The translations under genes and the position numbers were made by a program. The notes beneath the pieces are model-generated. The model searched no databases, was not told the origin of the DNA, and saw only the letters and a list, made by a program, of their open reading frames with translations. 64,000 nucleotides of DNA, from positions 62,001 through 126,000 of the forward strand of contig JAUCBJ010004839.1 in NCBI GenBank assembly GCA_032718475.1, read 5' to 3'. The DNA comes from Nemertoderma westbladi (Eukaryota; Animalia; Xenacoelomorpha). Below, piece after piece: positions 1-11,300 of this stretch; position 1 is the first letter of the stretch; every line of letters begins with the position of its first letter.

Positions 1-37
1 ATTTTTATTGAAATTAATATCTCATATCTCTCCAAAC

Positions 38-76
38 CACGTACGCGTTTCGACCTTACTGGGTCTCTTCAGCGTG
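38..76 (-). ncRNA. Minimal type I hammerhead ribozyme (Penelope pLTR-type)
   Basis: Reverse complement reads cacg-CTGAAGA-gacc(cagtaa)ggtc-GAAA-cgcg-TA-cgtg: stem I cacg/cgtg, intact core, stem II gacc/ggtc, palindromic minimal stem III, GUA cleavage triplet. Confidence 0.75.
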
Positions 77-100
77 ATTGGATTAGATAATGGGATTAGA

Positions 101-3100
101 CTGGGGTCGATAAATTATGGACCAGTTAAATAACTGGGAGCAAATTTTTGGATAGGAATAGATAGGAGTAGCGCCCTCCCCTACCTTCGGGTAGCAGATA
201 GGAGTAGCGTCTACCCCTACCCTCGGGTAGCACGTAGGAGTAGCGCCCACCCCTACCCTCGGGTAGCAGATATGAGTAGCGCCCACCCCTGCCTTCGGGT
301 AGCAGATAGGAGTAGCGCCCACCCCTACCTTCAGGAAGCAGATAGGAGTAGCGCCCACCCCTACCCTCTGGTAGCAGATAGGAGTAGCGTCCACCCCTAC
401 CTTCGGGAAGCAGATAGGAGTAGCGCCCACCCCTGCCTTCGGGTAGCAGATAGGAGTAGCGCCCACCCCTACCCTCGGGTAGCAGATAGGAGTAGCGCCC
501 ACCCCTACCTTCGGGAAGCAGATAGGAGTAGCGCCCACCCCTGCCTTCGGGTAGCAGATAGGAGTAGCGCCCACCCCTACCTTCGGGTAGCAGATAGGAG
601 TAGCGTCCACCCCTACCCTCGGGTAGCAGATAGGAGTAGCGCCCACCCCTGCCTTCGGGTAGCAGATAGGAGTAGCGCCCACCCCTACCTTCGGGTAGCA
701 GATAGGAGTAGCGCCCACCCATATCTTCGGGAAGCAGATAGGAGTAGCGCCCACCCCTACCCTCGGGTAGCAGATAGGAGTAGCGCCCACCCCGGCCTTC
801 GGGTAGCAGATAAGAGTAGCGCCCACTCCAACATTGGGGTAGCAGATATGAGTAGCGTACACCCCTACCTTAGGGTAGCAGATAGGAGTAGCTCCCACCC
901 CTACCTTATGGTAGCAGATAGGAGTAGCGCCCACCCCTACCTTCGGGTAGCAGATAGGAGTTACGCCGACCCCTACCTTCGGGAAGCAGATAGGAGTAGC
1001 GCCCACCCCTGCCTTCGGGTAGCAGATAGGAGTAGCGCCCACTCCTTCCCTCGGGTAGCAGATAGGAGTAGCGCCCACCCCTGCCTTCGGGTAGCAGATA
1101 GGAGTTACGCCGACCCCTACCTTCGGGAAGCAGATGGGAGTAGCGCCCACCCCTGCCTTCGGGTAGCAGATAGGAGTAGCGCCCACCCCTACCTTCGGGT
1201 AGCAGATAGGAGTAGCGCCCACCCCTACCTTCGCTTCGGGTAGCAGCTAGGAGTAGCTCCCACCCCTACCTTCCCTTCGGGTAGCAACTAGGAGTAGCGC
1301 CCACCCCTACCATAGGGTAGCAGATATGAGTAGCGCCTACCCCTACTTTCGGGTAGCAGATAGGAATAGCGCCCACCCCTATCTTATGGTAGCAGATAGG
1401 AGTAGCGTCCACCCCTACCTTAGGGTAGCAGATAGGAGTAGCGCCCACCCCTACCTTATGGTAGCAGATAGGAGTAGCGCCCACCCCTACCTTCGCTTCG
1501 GGTAGCAACTAGGAGTAGCGCCCACCCCTACCATAGGGTAGCAGATATGAGTAGCGCCTACCCCTACTTTCGGGTAGCAGATAGGAATAGCGCCCACCTC
1601 TATCTTATGGTAGCAGATAGGAGTAGCGTCCACCCCTACCTTAGGGTAGCAGATAGGAGTAGCGCCCACCCCTACCTTATGGTAGCAGATAGGAGTAGCG
1701 CCCACCCCTACCTTCGGGTGGCAGATAGGAGTTACGCCGACCCCTACCTTTGGGAAGCAGATAGGATTAGCGCCCACCACCCCTACCTTATGGTAGCAGA
1801 TAGGAGTAGCGCCCACCCCTACCTTCGGGTGGCAGATAGGAGTAGCGCCCACCCCTACCCTCGGGTAGCAGATAGGAGTAGCGTCCACCCCTACCTTCGG
1901 GTAGCAGATAGTTGTAGCGCCCACCCCTATCTTATGGTAGCAGATAGGAGTAGCGTCCACCCCTACCTTAGGGTAGCAGATAGGAGTAGCGCCCACCCCT
2001 ACCTTATGGTAGCAGATAGGAGTAGCGCCCACCCCTACCTTCGGGTGGCAGATAGGAGTTACGCCGACCCCTACCTTCGGGAAGCAGATAGGATTAGCGC
2101 CCACCACCCCTACCTTATGGTAGCAGATAGGAGTAGCGCCCACCCCTACCTTCGGGTGGCAGATAGGAGTAGCGCCCACCCCTACCTTCGGGTAGCAGAT
2201 AGGAGTAGCGCCCACCCCTACCTTCGGGTGGCAGATAGGAGTAGCGCCCACCCCTACCTTCGGGTGGCAGATAGGAGTAGCGCCCACCCCTACCTTCGGG
2301 TAGCAGATAGGAGTAGCGCCCACCCCTACCTTCGGGTAGCAGATTGGAGTAGCGCCTACCCCTACCTTCGCTTCGGGTAGCAGATAGGAGTAGCGCCCAC
2401 CCCTACCTTCGGGTAGCAGATAGGAGTAGCGCCCACCCCTACCTTCGGGTAGCAGATAGGAGTTACGCCGACCCCTACCTTCGGGTAGCAGATAGGAGTA
2501 GCGCCCACCCCTACCTTCGGGTAGCAGATAGGAGTAGCGCCCACCCCTACCCTCGGGTAGCAGATAGGAGTAGCGTCCACCCCTACCTTCGGGTAGCAGA
2601 TAGTTGTAGCGCCCACCCCTATCTTATGGTAGCAGATAGGAGTAGCTTCCACCCCTACCTTAGGGTAGCAGATAGGAGTAGCGCCCACCCCTACCTTATG
2701 GTGGCAGATAGGAGTAGCGCCCACCTCTTCCTTCGGGTGGCAGATAGGAGTTACGCCGACCCCTACCTTCGGGAAGCAGATAGGATTAGCGCCCACCACC
2801 CCTACCTTATGGTAGCAGATAGGAGTAGCGCCCACCCCTACCTTCGGGTGGCAGATAGGAGTAGCGCCCACCCCTACCTTCGGGTAGCAGATAGGAGTAG
2901 CGCCCACCCCTACCTTCGGGTAGCAGATAGGAGTTACGCCTACCCCTACCTTCGGGTAGCAGATAGGAGTAGCGCCCACCCCTACCTTCGGGTAGCAGAT
3001 AGGAGTAGCGTCCACCCCTACCTTCGGGAAGCAGATAGGATTAGCGCCCACCACCCCTACCTTATGGTAGCAGATAGGAGTAGCGCCCACCCCTACCTTC

Positions 3101-3322
3101 GGGTAGCAGATAGGAGTAGCGCCTACCCCTACCCACGGGTAGCAGATAGGAGTTACGCCTACCCCTACCTTCGGGAAGCAGATAGGAGTAGCGCCCACCC
3201 CTACCTTCGGGTAGCAGATAGGGGTTACGCCGACCCCTGCCTTCGCTTCGGGTAGCAGATAGGAGTAGCGCCCACCCCTAAGTTCGTTTAGCAGCTACCG
3301 AAAGAGGAGCCTTCGGTTCTCG
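101..3322 (+). mobile_element. 5'-truncated tRNA-SINE copy with internal 36-bp segment massively amplified
   Basis: 101-160 (ctggggtcgataaa...accagttaaataactgggagcaaat) and 3290-3322 (gctaccgaaagaggagccttcgg) match the reverse complement of the sequences flanking the same segment in the SINE at 39528-39765. Confidence 0.85.
161..3285. repeat. 36-bp minisatellite (gggtagcagataggagtagcgcccacccctaccttc)n, about 85 units, with higher-order structure
   Basis: Direct reading. A 5-bp insertion variant (cttcgcttcggg) recurs at about 1230, 1490, 2365 and 3241. Confidence 0.97.
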
Positions 3323-3439
3323 TTTATTGCTTTTTAATTAAGACACCGCTACTGTAACCTGCTCATTTACCATAACAGTTTTATTCCTTCAATTAGTCGA
3401 CAATAGGCGCTGAAATTGTCTAATAGCAGTGTTTTTCGC

Positions 3440-4290
3440 AAGTGATAAGAAGACATGGTAGGCCCCTAAAAGAAATAACAACAAAAGAACGCGAAAATCA
3501 AACCGTCATCCAGCCAGCTGTCAACCGTCAACCAGCTGTAGGCTATCCTCCCTTTTCCCGTACAAGGATCAGATTCCTGAACACATACGGTCGGGTGTTG
3601 TGTACCATTATAATTGTGGAAGCTGCGATGCTTCTTACGTTGGACGCACTGTACGCCACCTGGCTAAACGTGTTGAGGAACACACTGGCTTTTTGTACAA
3701 CTCCGGAAAATTCTCCCGTCCAAAAAATTCTTCTATCTTTGAACACTCCTCCACCGCCGATCATCCCACGTTAAAAGAAAATTTCAGCATCTTATCAACA
3801 TCCCGTAACTTGCGCGAACTTCTCATTAAAGAGACTTTGTTCATTAGGAAACTTCGCCCCACTTTAAATGACCAAACCACTTCGACTTTCCTTTCCCTAC
3901 TGTAGTTCCTTGATATATCCCCCCCCCCCCCCCCCGCCCCTACCCCACGTACTGCCTTATTCGTGTACCGGTAGGTCCTGACTTTCTTACTGGACTGTCT
4001 TGTACTATCCGCTCTGTTGTTTCTGTAGTACTGTACTGCTGTACACGCCTTCCATATTCAATTTATAACCGTTTTTTGCACACTAGCCACACCCATTATT
4101 TTGTATATTTTTTTTTTTTGTATTGTTATTGCAATCTTCACCAGCCTTATTATTGTATTTTGTATTTAGTACTGTCTTTCACTAATTTTCAGGTATTTAT
4201 TTGTTTTTGCTTTGAAAATGATTATTGTTTAATAAATCGAAACGTCAGCTGTTTTTTAGAATCTTTATTTCTCAAATCATGAAGTTTAAG
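3440..4290 (+). mobile_element. Penelope-like element 3' fragment (GIY-YIG endonuclease plus 3' UTR)
   Basis: 3588-3905 translates RSGVVYHYNCGSCDASYVGRTVRHLAKRVEEH...SSIFEH...LLIKETLFIRKLRPTLN, a typical PLE GIY-YIG. A degenerate hammerhead-like ttgaaaatga...cgaaacgtc lies at about 4212-4247. Confidence 0.85.
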
Positions 4291-5187
4291 TTATTTGCGC
4301 TGTTTATTGTTGCCTTAATAAGCTTCAGATTCCCAGCAACTCAAACTCTATCACAAACCGTCATATAGGCAAGGCCAAGGCAGTATAGTATACCAACTAC
4401 CAATAAAAACGCAGCTGAGCCCTTTCATTTTCAGCCAATCACATCATGACATTTACTATGTTAAATATGTAACGTTTTACAGTAAAATACTGTGTCCTTT
4501 GTTTCTGAAAATGTTTTGGAAAGTTCTTTGGTAACTAATTTCGTTATGAGGGGAGCGAATATTTATGTAGGTGTTACTAGGCAGCAGGTGTTACTAGACA
4601 ACAGCTGCTGATTTAAAAATTATTTTTAATTGTCCTCATTATGTAGATTGTTAACTGTGAACTGAATAGAACATCAAAGTGTAAATTAATAGTTGATGAT
4701 ATTGAATAGCTAAATATGGGTATGTTGAGCTAGGGTGGATTGGTTTCTGTATGTTAAGTTAAGTTAAGTTCATTTGATATATCACTCACTAGTGGTGCTA
4801 AACTCGTCTCATCTATATTTCTAATAAGGAAAGACAACCCGGAACGAGAATAAAAAGGAGTTTCTATACGCCAGACTCTATCGATTATATGATTATATGA
4901 TATTATATGCATCGTCAGGGAACTCAATAAATTAAACTCTATTAATCAATGAAATTGAATAATATAAATATCGAGTTATACTAGCGGAACGCCTTGGCCG
5001 CTAAATTTTTTTGCCAGTTATAGATTTATCGCGGTTAAGAAGGTAAACCCTAATGATTTATTTTATGTTATATTAATAGACATATAATAATAATAATTTC
5101 GAGGGATTAAATAAAAGGAAAATCTCTAGTTATATTCCCCCCCCCCCCCCCCCGTCATGTATTGCCATTAGATATAAATAGTTGACA

Positions 5188-5354
5188 ATGAACGAGGCTT
5201 GTTTGACACCGATTAAATCGAAGACAACCCTCCAGTTAATGTGCCTGAGTGCCGCCATATGTGCAGTGGAGATGGTGTACGCGGCCGAGTTGGCGTTTGT
5301 GGCACCAATGTTACTTCGTACCGGAATACCAACGAGTCTAATGACTCTAGTTTG
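5188..5354 (+). CDS. SLC45: SLC45 exon 1 (start ATG uncertain; could be an internal exon)
   Basis: MNEACLTP...AICAVEMVYAAELAFVAPMLLRTGIPTSLMTLVW; donor gttagt at 5355, phase 2. Confidence 0.8.
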
Positions 5355-8300
5355 GTTAGTTGCAAATACCAAAATTGCAATTCATTGTGGGGCGAGCCAC
5401 GAAGTGAGCAAAGCCTTAGCATATAGGTGCCATTGGCGAGTTGTCTGTCGTCATCGTCGTCAGTCGTCGTAAATTTTTGATCGCTAATAACTCGGTTATT
5501 CCTCGATGAAATTAAGCGAAACTTGGTACGTATGTAGTCAGTCAAAAGTTTAGAAAGAATCTGAAGTTTGGTCAAAAACGAACGAACGCAACGAGGCAAA
5601 AGAGGAGGACGAGTATTGTGTTGAAGTCTTCTGACTAACGGCAGACAACTCGTTAATGGTGCCCATATGTTAAAGGCTTTGCTCACTTCGTGCTGCGCGA
5701 AGGCCCCACGAACGTGTTTTTCTACACGTATTGCATCGGTACCGTTGGGGTATATAAGTGTACGTTTCATTAGCAGTAGAGTGCAGACGATAGCTACTGT
5801 TGTAGTTGTTACTGTAGCTTTCATTAAATACAGTGTTTTCTAGCTCTTTCGACACTTTCTAGTTTAGCTGACTGAGAAAGCCTAATTTTGTGTCGACCAT
5901 ACTAATTAGTGAAAAGTTACATATATAAAATATAATTTACAATAGTAATTTATTTTCTTTAATATTTTCTTCACCCAGGTGTATTTCTCCGCTTTTCGGC
6001 TTCTGTTTAACTCCGGTACTGGGTTCTTTTTCCGATCAATGCGATTGTTCAATCGGACGCCGCCGGCCTTTTATTATCGGCCTTACTGTCGCCATGATCG
6101 TAGGCTTAATCCTCATACCCAATGGCGCACAAATGGGAGCCATTCATAAAATTCAGAGCAATGGAACTAATTATGTTAGTGGAGTAAACGACACCCATCA
6201 CATCAACCAATCAGCGTCTAGTGAACTCACTAGCCACTCCGGACAGGCTATGTTGGTTGCCGGTATTGCTTTGCTTGATTTCAGTACGGACGCAAACAGC
6301 AGCCCAATCCGAGCCTACTTACTCGATGTCTGTTGTCCGGAAGACCATACACGGGGATTGAGGTAGGTTTCTTAAGTACGGGCCTACATCTTTCTGTGAC
6401 AAATAGGCCTACCTCTCTTTGTTACAAGTAGGCCTACCCTACATCTCTCTGTTACAAGTAGGCCTACATCTTTCTGTTACAAGTAGGCCTACATCTATCA
6501 GTTTCAAGTAGGACTACATCTCTCTGTAACAAGTATGCTTACCTCTCTTTGTTACAAGTAGGCCTGGTAATGGTAAAAAATATCGAGACTTGAAAAATAT
6601 CGAGACTTGAAAAATATCGAGAGTGAAAATATTGAGAGTAAAAATATCGAGTTTAATAATATCGAGTATGGAAAAATAACGCGATTAAATAATATCGAGA
6701 GTAAAAATAACACTAGACGAAAAATATTGGAAATATCGAGAGTAAAAATATCGAGAGTAAAAATATCGAGAGCAAAAATATCGAGTGTTGAAAATTATCG
6801 AGAGTAAATATATCGAGAGTAAAAATATCAAGAGCAAAAATATCGAAAGTAAAAATATCGAGTATAAAAATATCGTGAGTAACAATTTTTTTGATTGTAT
6901 GATAATTTTTTCCTAGAAATGTTCTAGAACAAAAAAAACGTGTTCTAGAACAAAAATATTTATCAAAATTGTTATCTTGTGTTCTATAACATATATATAA
7001 AAAAAACTAGAAAAAACCTTTCTAGTATAAAAAAATAAAATGTGATCTAGAAACAAAAAAATTGTGTTCTAGAACAAAAATATGTATCAAAATTGAGAGC
7101 TAGCACATATCTTATATAATCTTCTATCATATATCATCTATAATATTTATAAAAAATAGCAATAAACTAGCTAGTATAAAAAATATGGTAAATTGGTACC
7201 CAAGGTGTATTAAAGGCTCCCCTCCTGTCGATAGCTGCTACCCGAGGGTAGGGGTGGGCGCTACTTCCTATCTGCTACCCGAGGAAAGGGGTGGGCGCTA
7301 CTTCCTATCTGTTACCCGAGTGTAGGGGTGGGCGCTACTTCCTATCTGCTACCCGAGGGTATGGGTGGGCGCTACTTCCTATCTGCTACCCGAGGGTAGG
7401 GGTGGGCGCTACTCCTATCTGCTACCCGAGGGTAGGGGTGGGCGCTACTTCCTATCTGCTACCCGAGGGTAGGGGTGGGCGCTACTTCCAATCTGCTACC
7501 CGAGGGTAGGGGTGGGCGCTACTACTATCTGCTACCCGAGGGTAGGGGTGGGCGCTACTTCCTATCTGCTACCCGAGGGTAGGGGTGGGCGCTACTTCCT
7601 ATCTGCTACCCGAGGGTAGGGGTGGGCGCTACTTCCTATCTGCTACCCGAGTGTAGGGGTGGGCGCTACTTCCTATCTGCTACCCGAGGGTAGGGGTGGG
7701 CGCTACTTCCTATCTGCTACCCGAGGGAAGGGGTGGGCGCTACTTCCTATCTGCTACCCGAGGGTAGGGGTGGGCGCTACTACTATCTGCTACCCGAGTG
7801 TAGGGGTGGGCGTTACTTCCTATCTGCTACCCGAGGGTAGTGGTGGGCGCTACTTCCTATCTGCTACCCGAGGGTAGGGGTGGGCGCTACTACTATCTGC
7901 TACCCGAGTGTAGGGGTGGGCGCTACTTCCTATCTGCTACCCGAGGGTAGGGGTGGGCGCTACTTCCTATCTGCTACCCGAGGGTAGGGGTGGGCGCTAC
8001 TAACTTTTGCTTCTAATAAAATTACGAGTGGAACAATACCAACAAATGCCCAGGAAAAGATAAGGTCTGCACTAGAAGAGAGAAATTTTCCAGGTAAAGA
8101 GTTCTACACTTCCATCAATGAACTGAAATCGGACTTGCAGAATAGCTGCCCAGACGCGGTGGTACCTACTGTCTCTGCTATGACACTACAGCGAGCAATT
8201 TTGGCTATATCCACCGGCAAATCTCCAGATACAATGGGCCTTGTTATTGAACATGTGCTTAGCCTGGACGCTAACTTTATTTGCAGAATTCTTGCAGACA

Positions 8301-11300
8301 TTATAAATGTGTGTTTAAGAACTGGACATATACCTGAGTTTTTTGGTGAAACAATATTAACAAGTCTGTATAAGGGAAAGGGACGTGACATCAACCATCA
8401 TAAATCTTTCAGACAAATAGCCACAGTGAGTCTGTTCGGAAAAATATTTGAATCTATTGTCCTTCTGAAATTTTTGCCGATACAAGATTTGATTCCCAAT
8501 GCTCAATTTGCGTATCAGAAGAAGATAGGCTCAGATTTGGTTATAAGTGCTTTGTTAGAATTCTTGGAGTCTCAGCGTCGGTCTGGTAACACAGTGTTTC
8601 TATGTCAGTTGGATGTGACTGGTGCCTTTGATTATGTCGAATTCGTCTGTTTATTCCGGAATTTGAAGGATAATGTGAACCCATATGTGTGTCTTGCACT
8701 TCTCAACTATTACTTATGTACAGTGGCATATCTTAAATTTGGAAATGAGGTTCAGGTTGAAGGCATACCAATAACAAAAGGTGTTAAACAAGGTTCGTTG
8801 ACCTCTCCCGCTTTATTTATTTTTTACACAAGAGATGTGCTTCATTGCTTGGATGAATCTGGTTTGGGGTTTCTACTGGATCTTTTGTGGCTCGGTTCTA
8901 TAGCTTACGCAGATGATATATTGTTGATTGGAAGAACAGTGGGGGAATTAACTACAGCTGTTGAAATCGTAGAAACACAATTGGCAAAGATAGGTCTCAA
9001 GATTGAGGGGAGTAAAACCAAGTGGGCGTATTGTCTCGGTCAAGGTTGCTCTTCACAATCTATACCATCACTAATAAATATAAATGGAACCCTTATAACG
9101 TCTTGTGAGCAAATCACATTTCTGGGTTTTCCAGTAAACACTAGCAAGAAATGCCATCTGCAAGATTGCATCCAAATAATCGCGAGTGTCTCGGATAGAT
9201 TCCACAAGAATGGTTGGACAATTCGATGGCTGGATGTGGATACTCTCGGTTATATATGGAGAACTGTTGCTATTCCTACGGTGCTTTATACAGCAAAATT
9301 CTTCGTCGGATCACTCACAAACTCAGAGCTTCAGCAACTAGATATTTATTATCGCAAGATCCTCCGGGGTCTATTGTTCCTCGGGTCATATGCGAGCAAT
9401 GCTGTAGTCTACTCTTTACTCGGATGTTATTCGTTCTCAGCAGAAATATTCAAAACCGGCACGAATATGATCCACAGGATACAATCGTGTCCCAACACTC
9501 TACTTCAGTCTATACTTCATGCGTGTCTTCAAAAGAATGCTGGATATACTAAGTCCGCGAACTATGTCGGCTTGGGCTCTGTTTATTCCAAGTGTATGGA
9601 TGCATATCCCATGCCGAGGCTTAACTCGATGCTTAGCTCGCAGTATAATAGATCAGAACTTTTGAAACATTTCCAGTGCAGTGCACTTACTTTCTCAGAG
9701 CAAATGGATACAACTTTTGTTAAATCGTGCTATGTGCAATCGGCACCATTTATAACAAAGCATGACCGGATATTACAATACTACAATTTGGTTTAACTTT
9801 AAGGGGGGGGAGGGGTATAGTAATTTTACTACAATTTGGTAAATCTCAAAGTTCCAAATATTTTTGACCTGATTGCTGGGCTTAAAGTTACGAATATCTT
9901 TTGAACTGTTTTCAACCTGGCAATGGTGATATATTGTTTATAATGAATGAGTATATTGGTCCTATAGCCTTCGTTAATCTGCAGAGTGCAGCGACCGGAT
10001 CGTCTGTATCTTTTAAATCTTTTTATTTCTTATTTTTAATGGTCAGTTTTAAATGAGTATATTGGTCACATAGCCCTCGTTGTTAATCTGCTGAGTGCAG
10101 TGACCTGATTATCTGTATATATTAATTAGTTTGATGTTGCTATAGATATATATATTCCGAGTCGACTTTAAACATGTGCGTTTTATATGTCCGTATTTTA
10201 TTTGAAATTTTATCATTATATTATATTAAATGCCAGCCTGTCTGGTGCTGTGCCACTGTGCACGCGACTAATAATAATATCTGCTACCCGAGGGAAGGGG
10301 TGGGCGCTACTTCCTATCTGCTACCCGAGGGTAGGGGTGGGCGCTACTTCCTATTTGCTACCCGAGGGTAGGGGTGGGCGCTACTTCATATCTGCTACCC
10401 GAGTGTAGGGGTGGGCGCTACTTCCTATCTGCTACCCGAGGGTAGGGGTGGGCGCTACTTCCTATCTGCTACCCGAGTGTAGGGGTGGGCGCTACTTCCT
10501 ATCTGCTACCCGAGGGTAGGGGTGGGCGCTACTTCCTATCTGCTACCCGAGGGAAGGGGTGGGCGCTACCTCCTATCTGCTACCCGAGGGTAGGGGTGGG
10601 CGCTACTACTATCTGCTACCCGAGTGTAGGGGTGGGCGCTACTTCCTATCTGCTACCCGAGGGTAGGGGTGGGCGCTACTCCTATCTGCTACCCGAGGGT
10701 AGGGGTGGGCGCTACTTCCTATCTGCTACCCGAGGGTAGGGGTGGGCGCTACTTCCAATCTGCTACCCGAGGGTAGGGGTGGGCGCTACTACTATCTGCT
10801 ACCCGAGGGTAGGGGTGGGCGCTACTTCCTATCTGCTACCCGAGGGTAGGGGTGGGCGCTACTTCCTATCTGCTACCCGAGGGTAGGGGTGGGCGCTACT
10901 TCCTATCTGCTACCCGAGTGTAGGGGTGGGCGCTACTTCCTATCTGCTACCCGAGGGTAGGGGTGGGCGCTACTTCCTATCTGCTACCCGAGGGAAGGGG
11001 TGAGCGCTACTTCCTATCTGCTACCCGAGGGTAGGGGTGGGCGCTACTACTATGTGCTACCCGAGTGTAGGGGTGGGCGCTACTTCCTATCTGCTACCCG
11101 AGGGTAGGGGTGGGCCCTACTTCCTATCTGCTACCCGAGGGTAGGGGTGGGCGCTACTTCCTATCTGCTACCCGAGGGAAGGGGTGGGCGCTACTTCCTA
11201 TCTGCTACCCGAGGGTAGGGGTGGGCGCTACTTCCTATTTGCTACCCAAGGGTAGGGGTGGGCGCTACTTCATATCTGCTACCCGAGTGTAGGGGTGGGC

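Noticed and set aside
83-3255. Long ORFs (200-379 aa) of GVGATPICYPKV or VADRSSAHPYLR repeats
   Set aside because: Artefact of a 36-bp unit (a multiple of 3) that is open in several frames on both strands; the unit derives from a non-coding SINE.
5213-5824. 203-aa minus-strand ORF
   Set aside because: Antisense to SLC45 exon 1 and running through a HINE-like element; no recognisable domain.
7405-11075. Matching variant blocks either side of the LINE as a giant TSD
   Set aside because: The blocks are not adjacent to the insertion junctions; better explained as a pre-existing higher-order repeat of about 990 bp.
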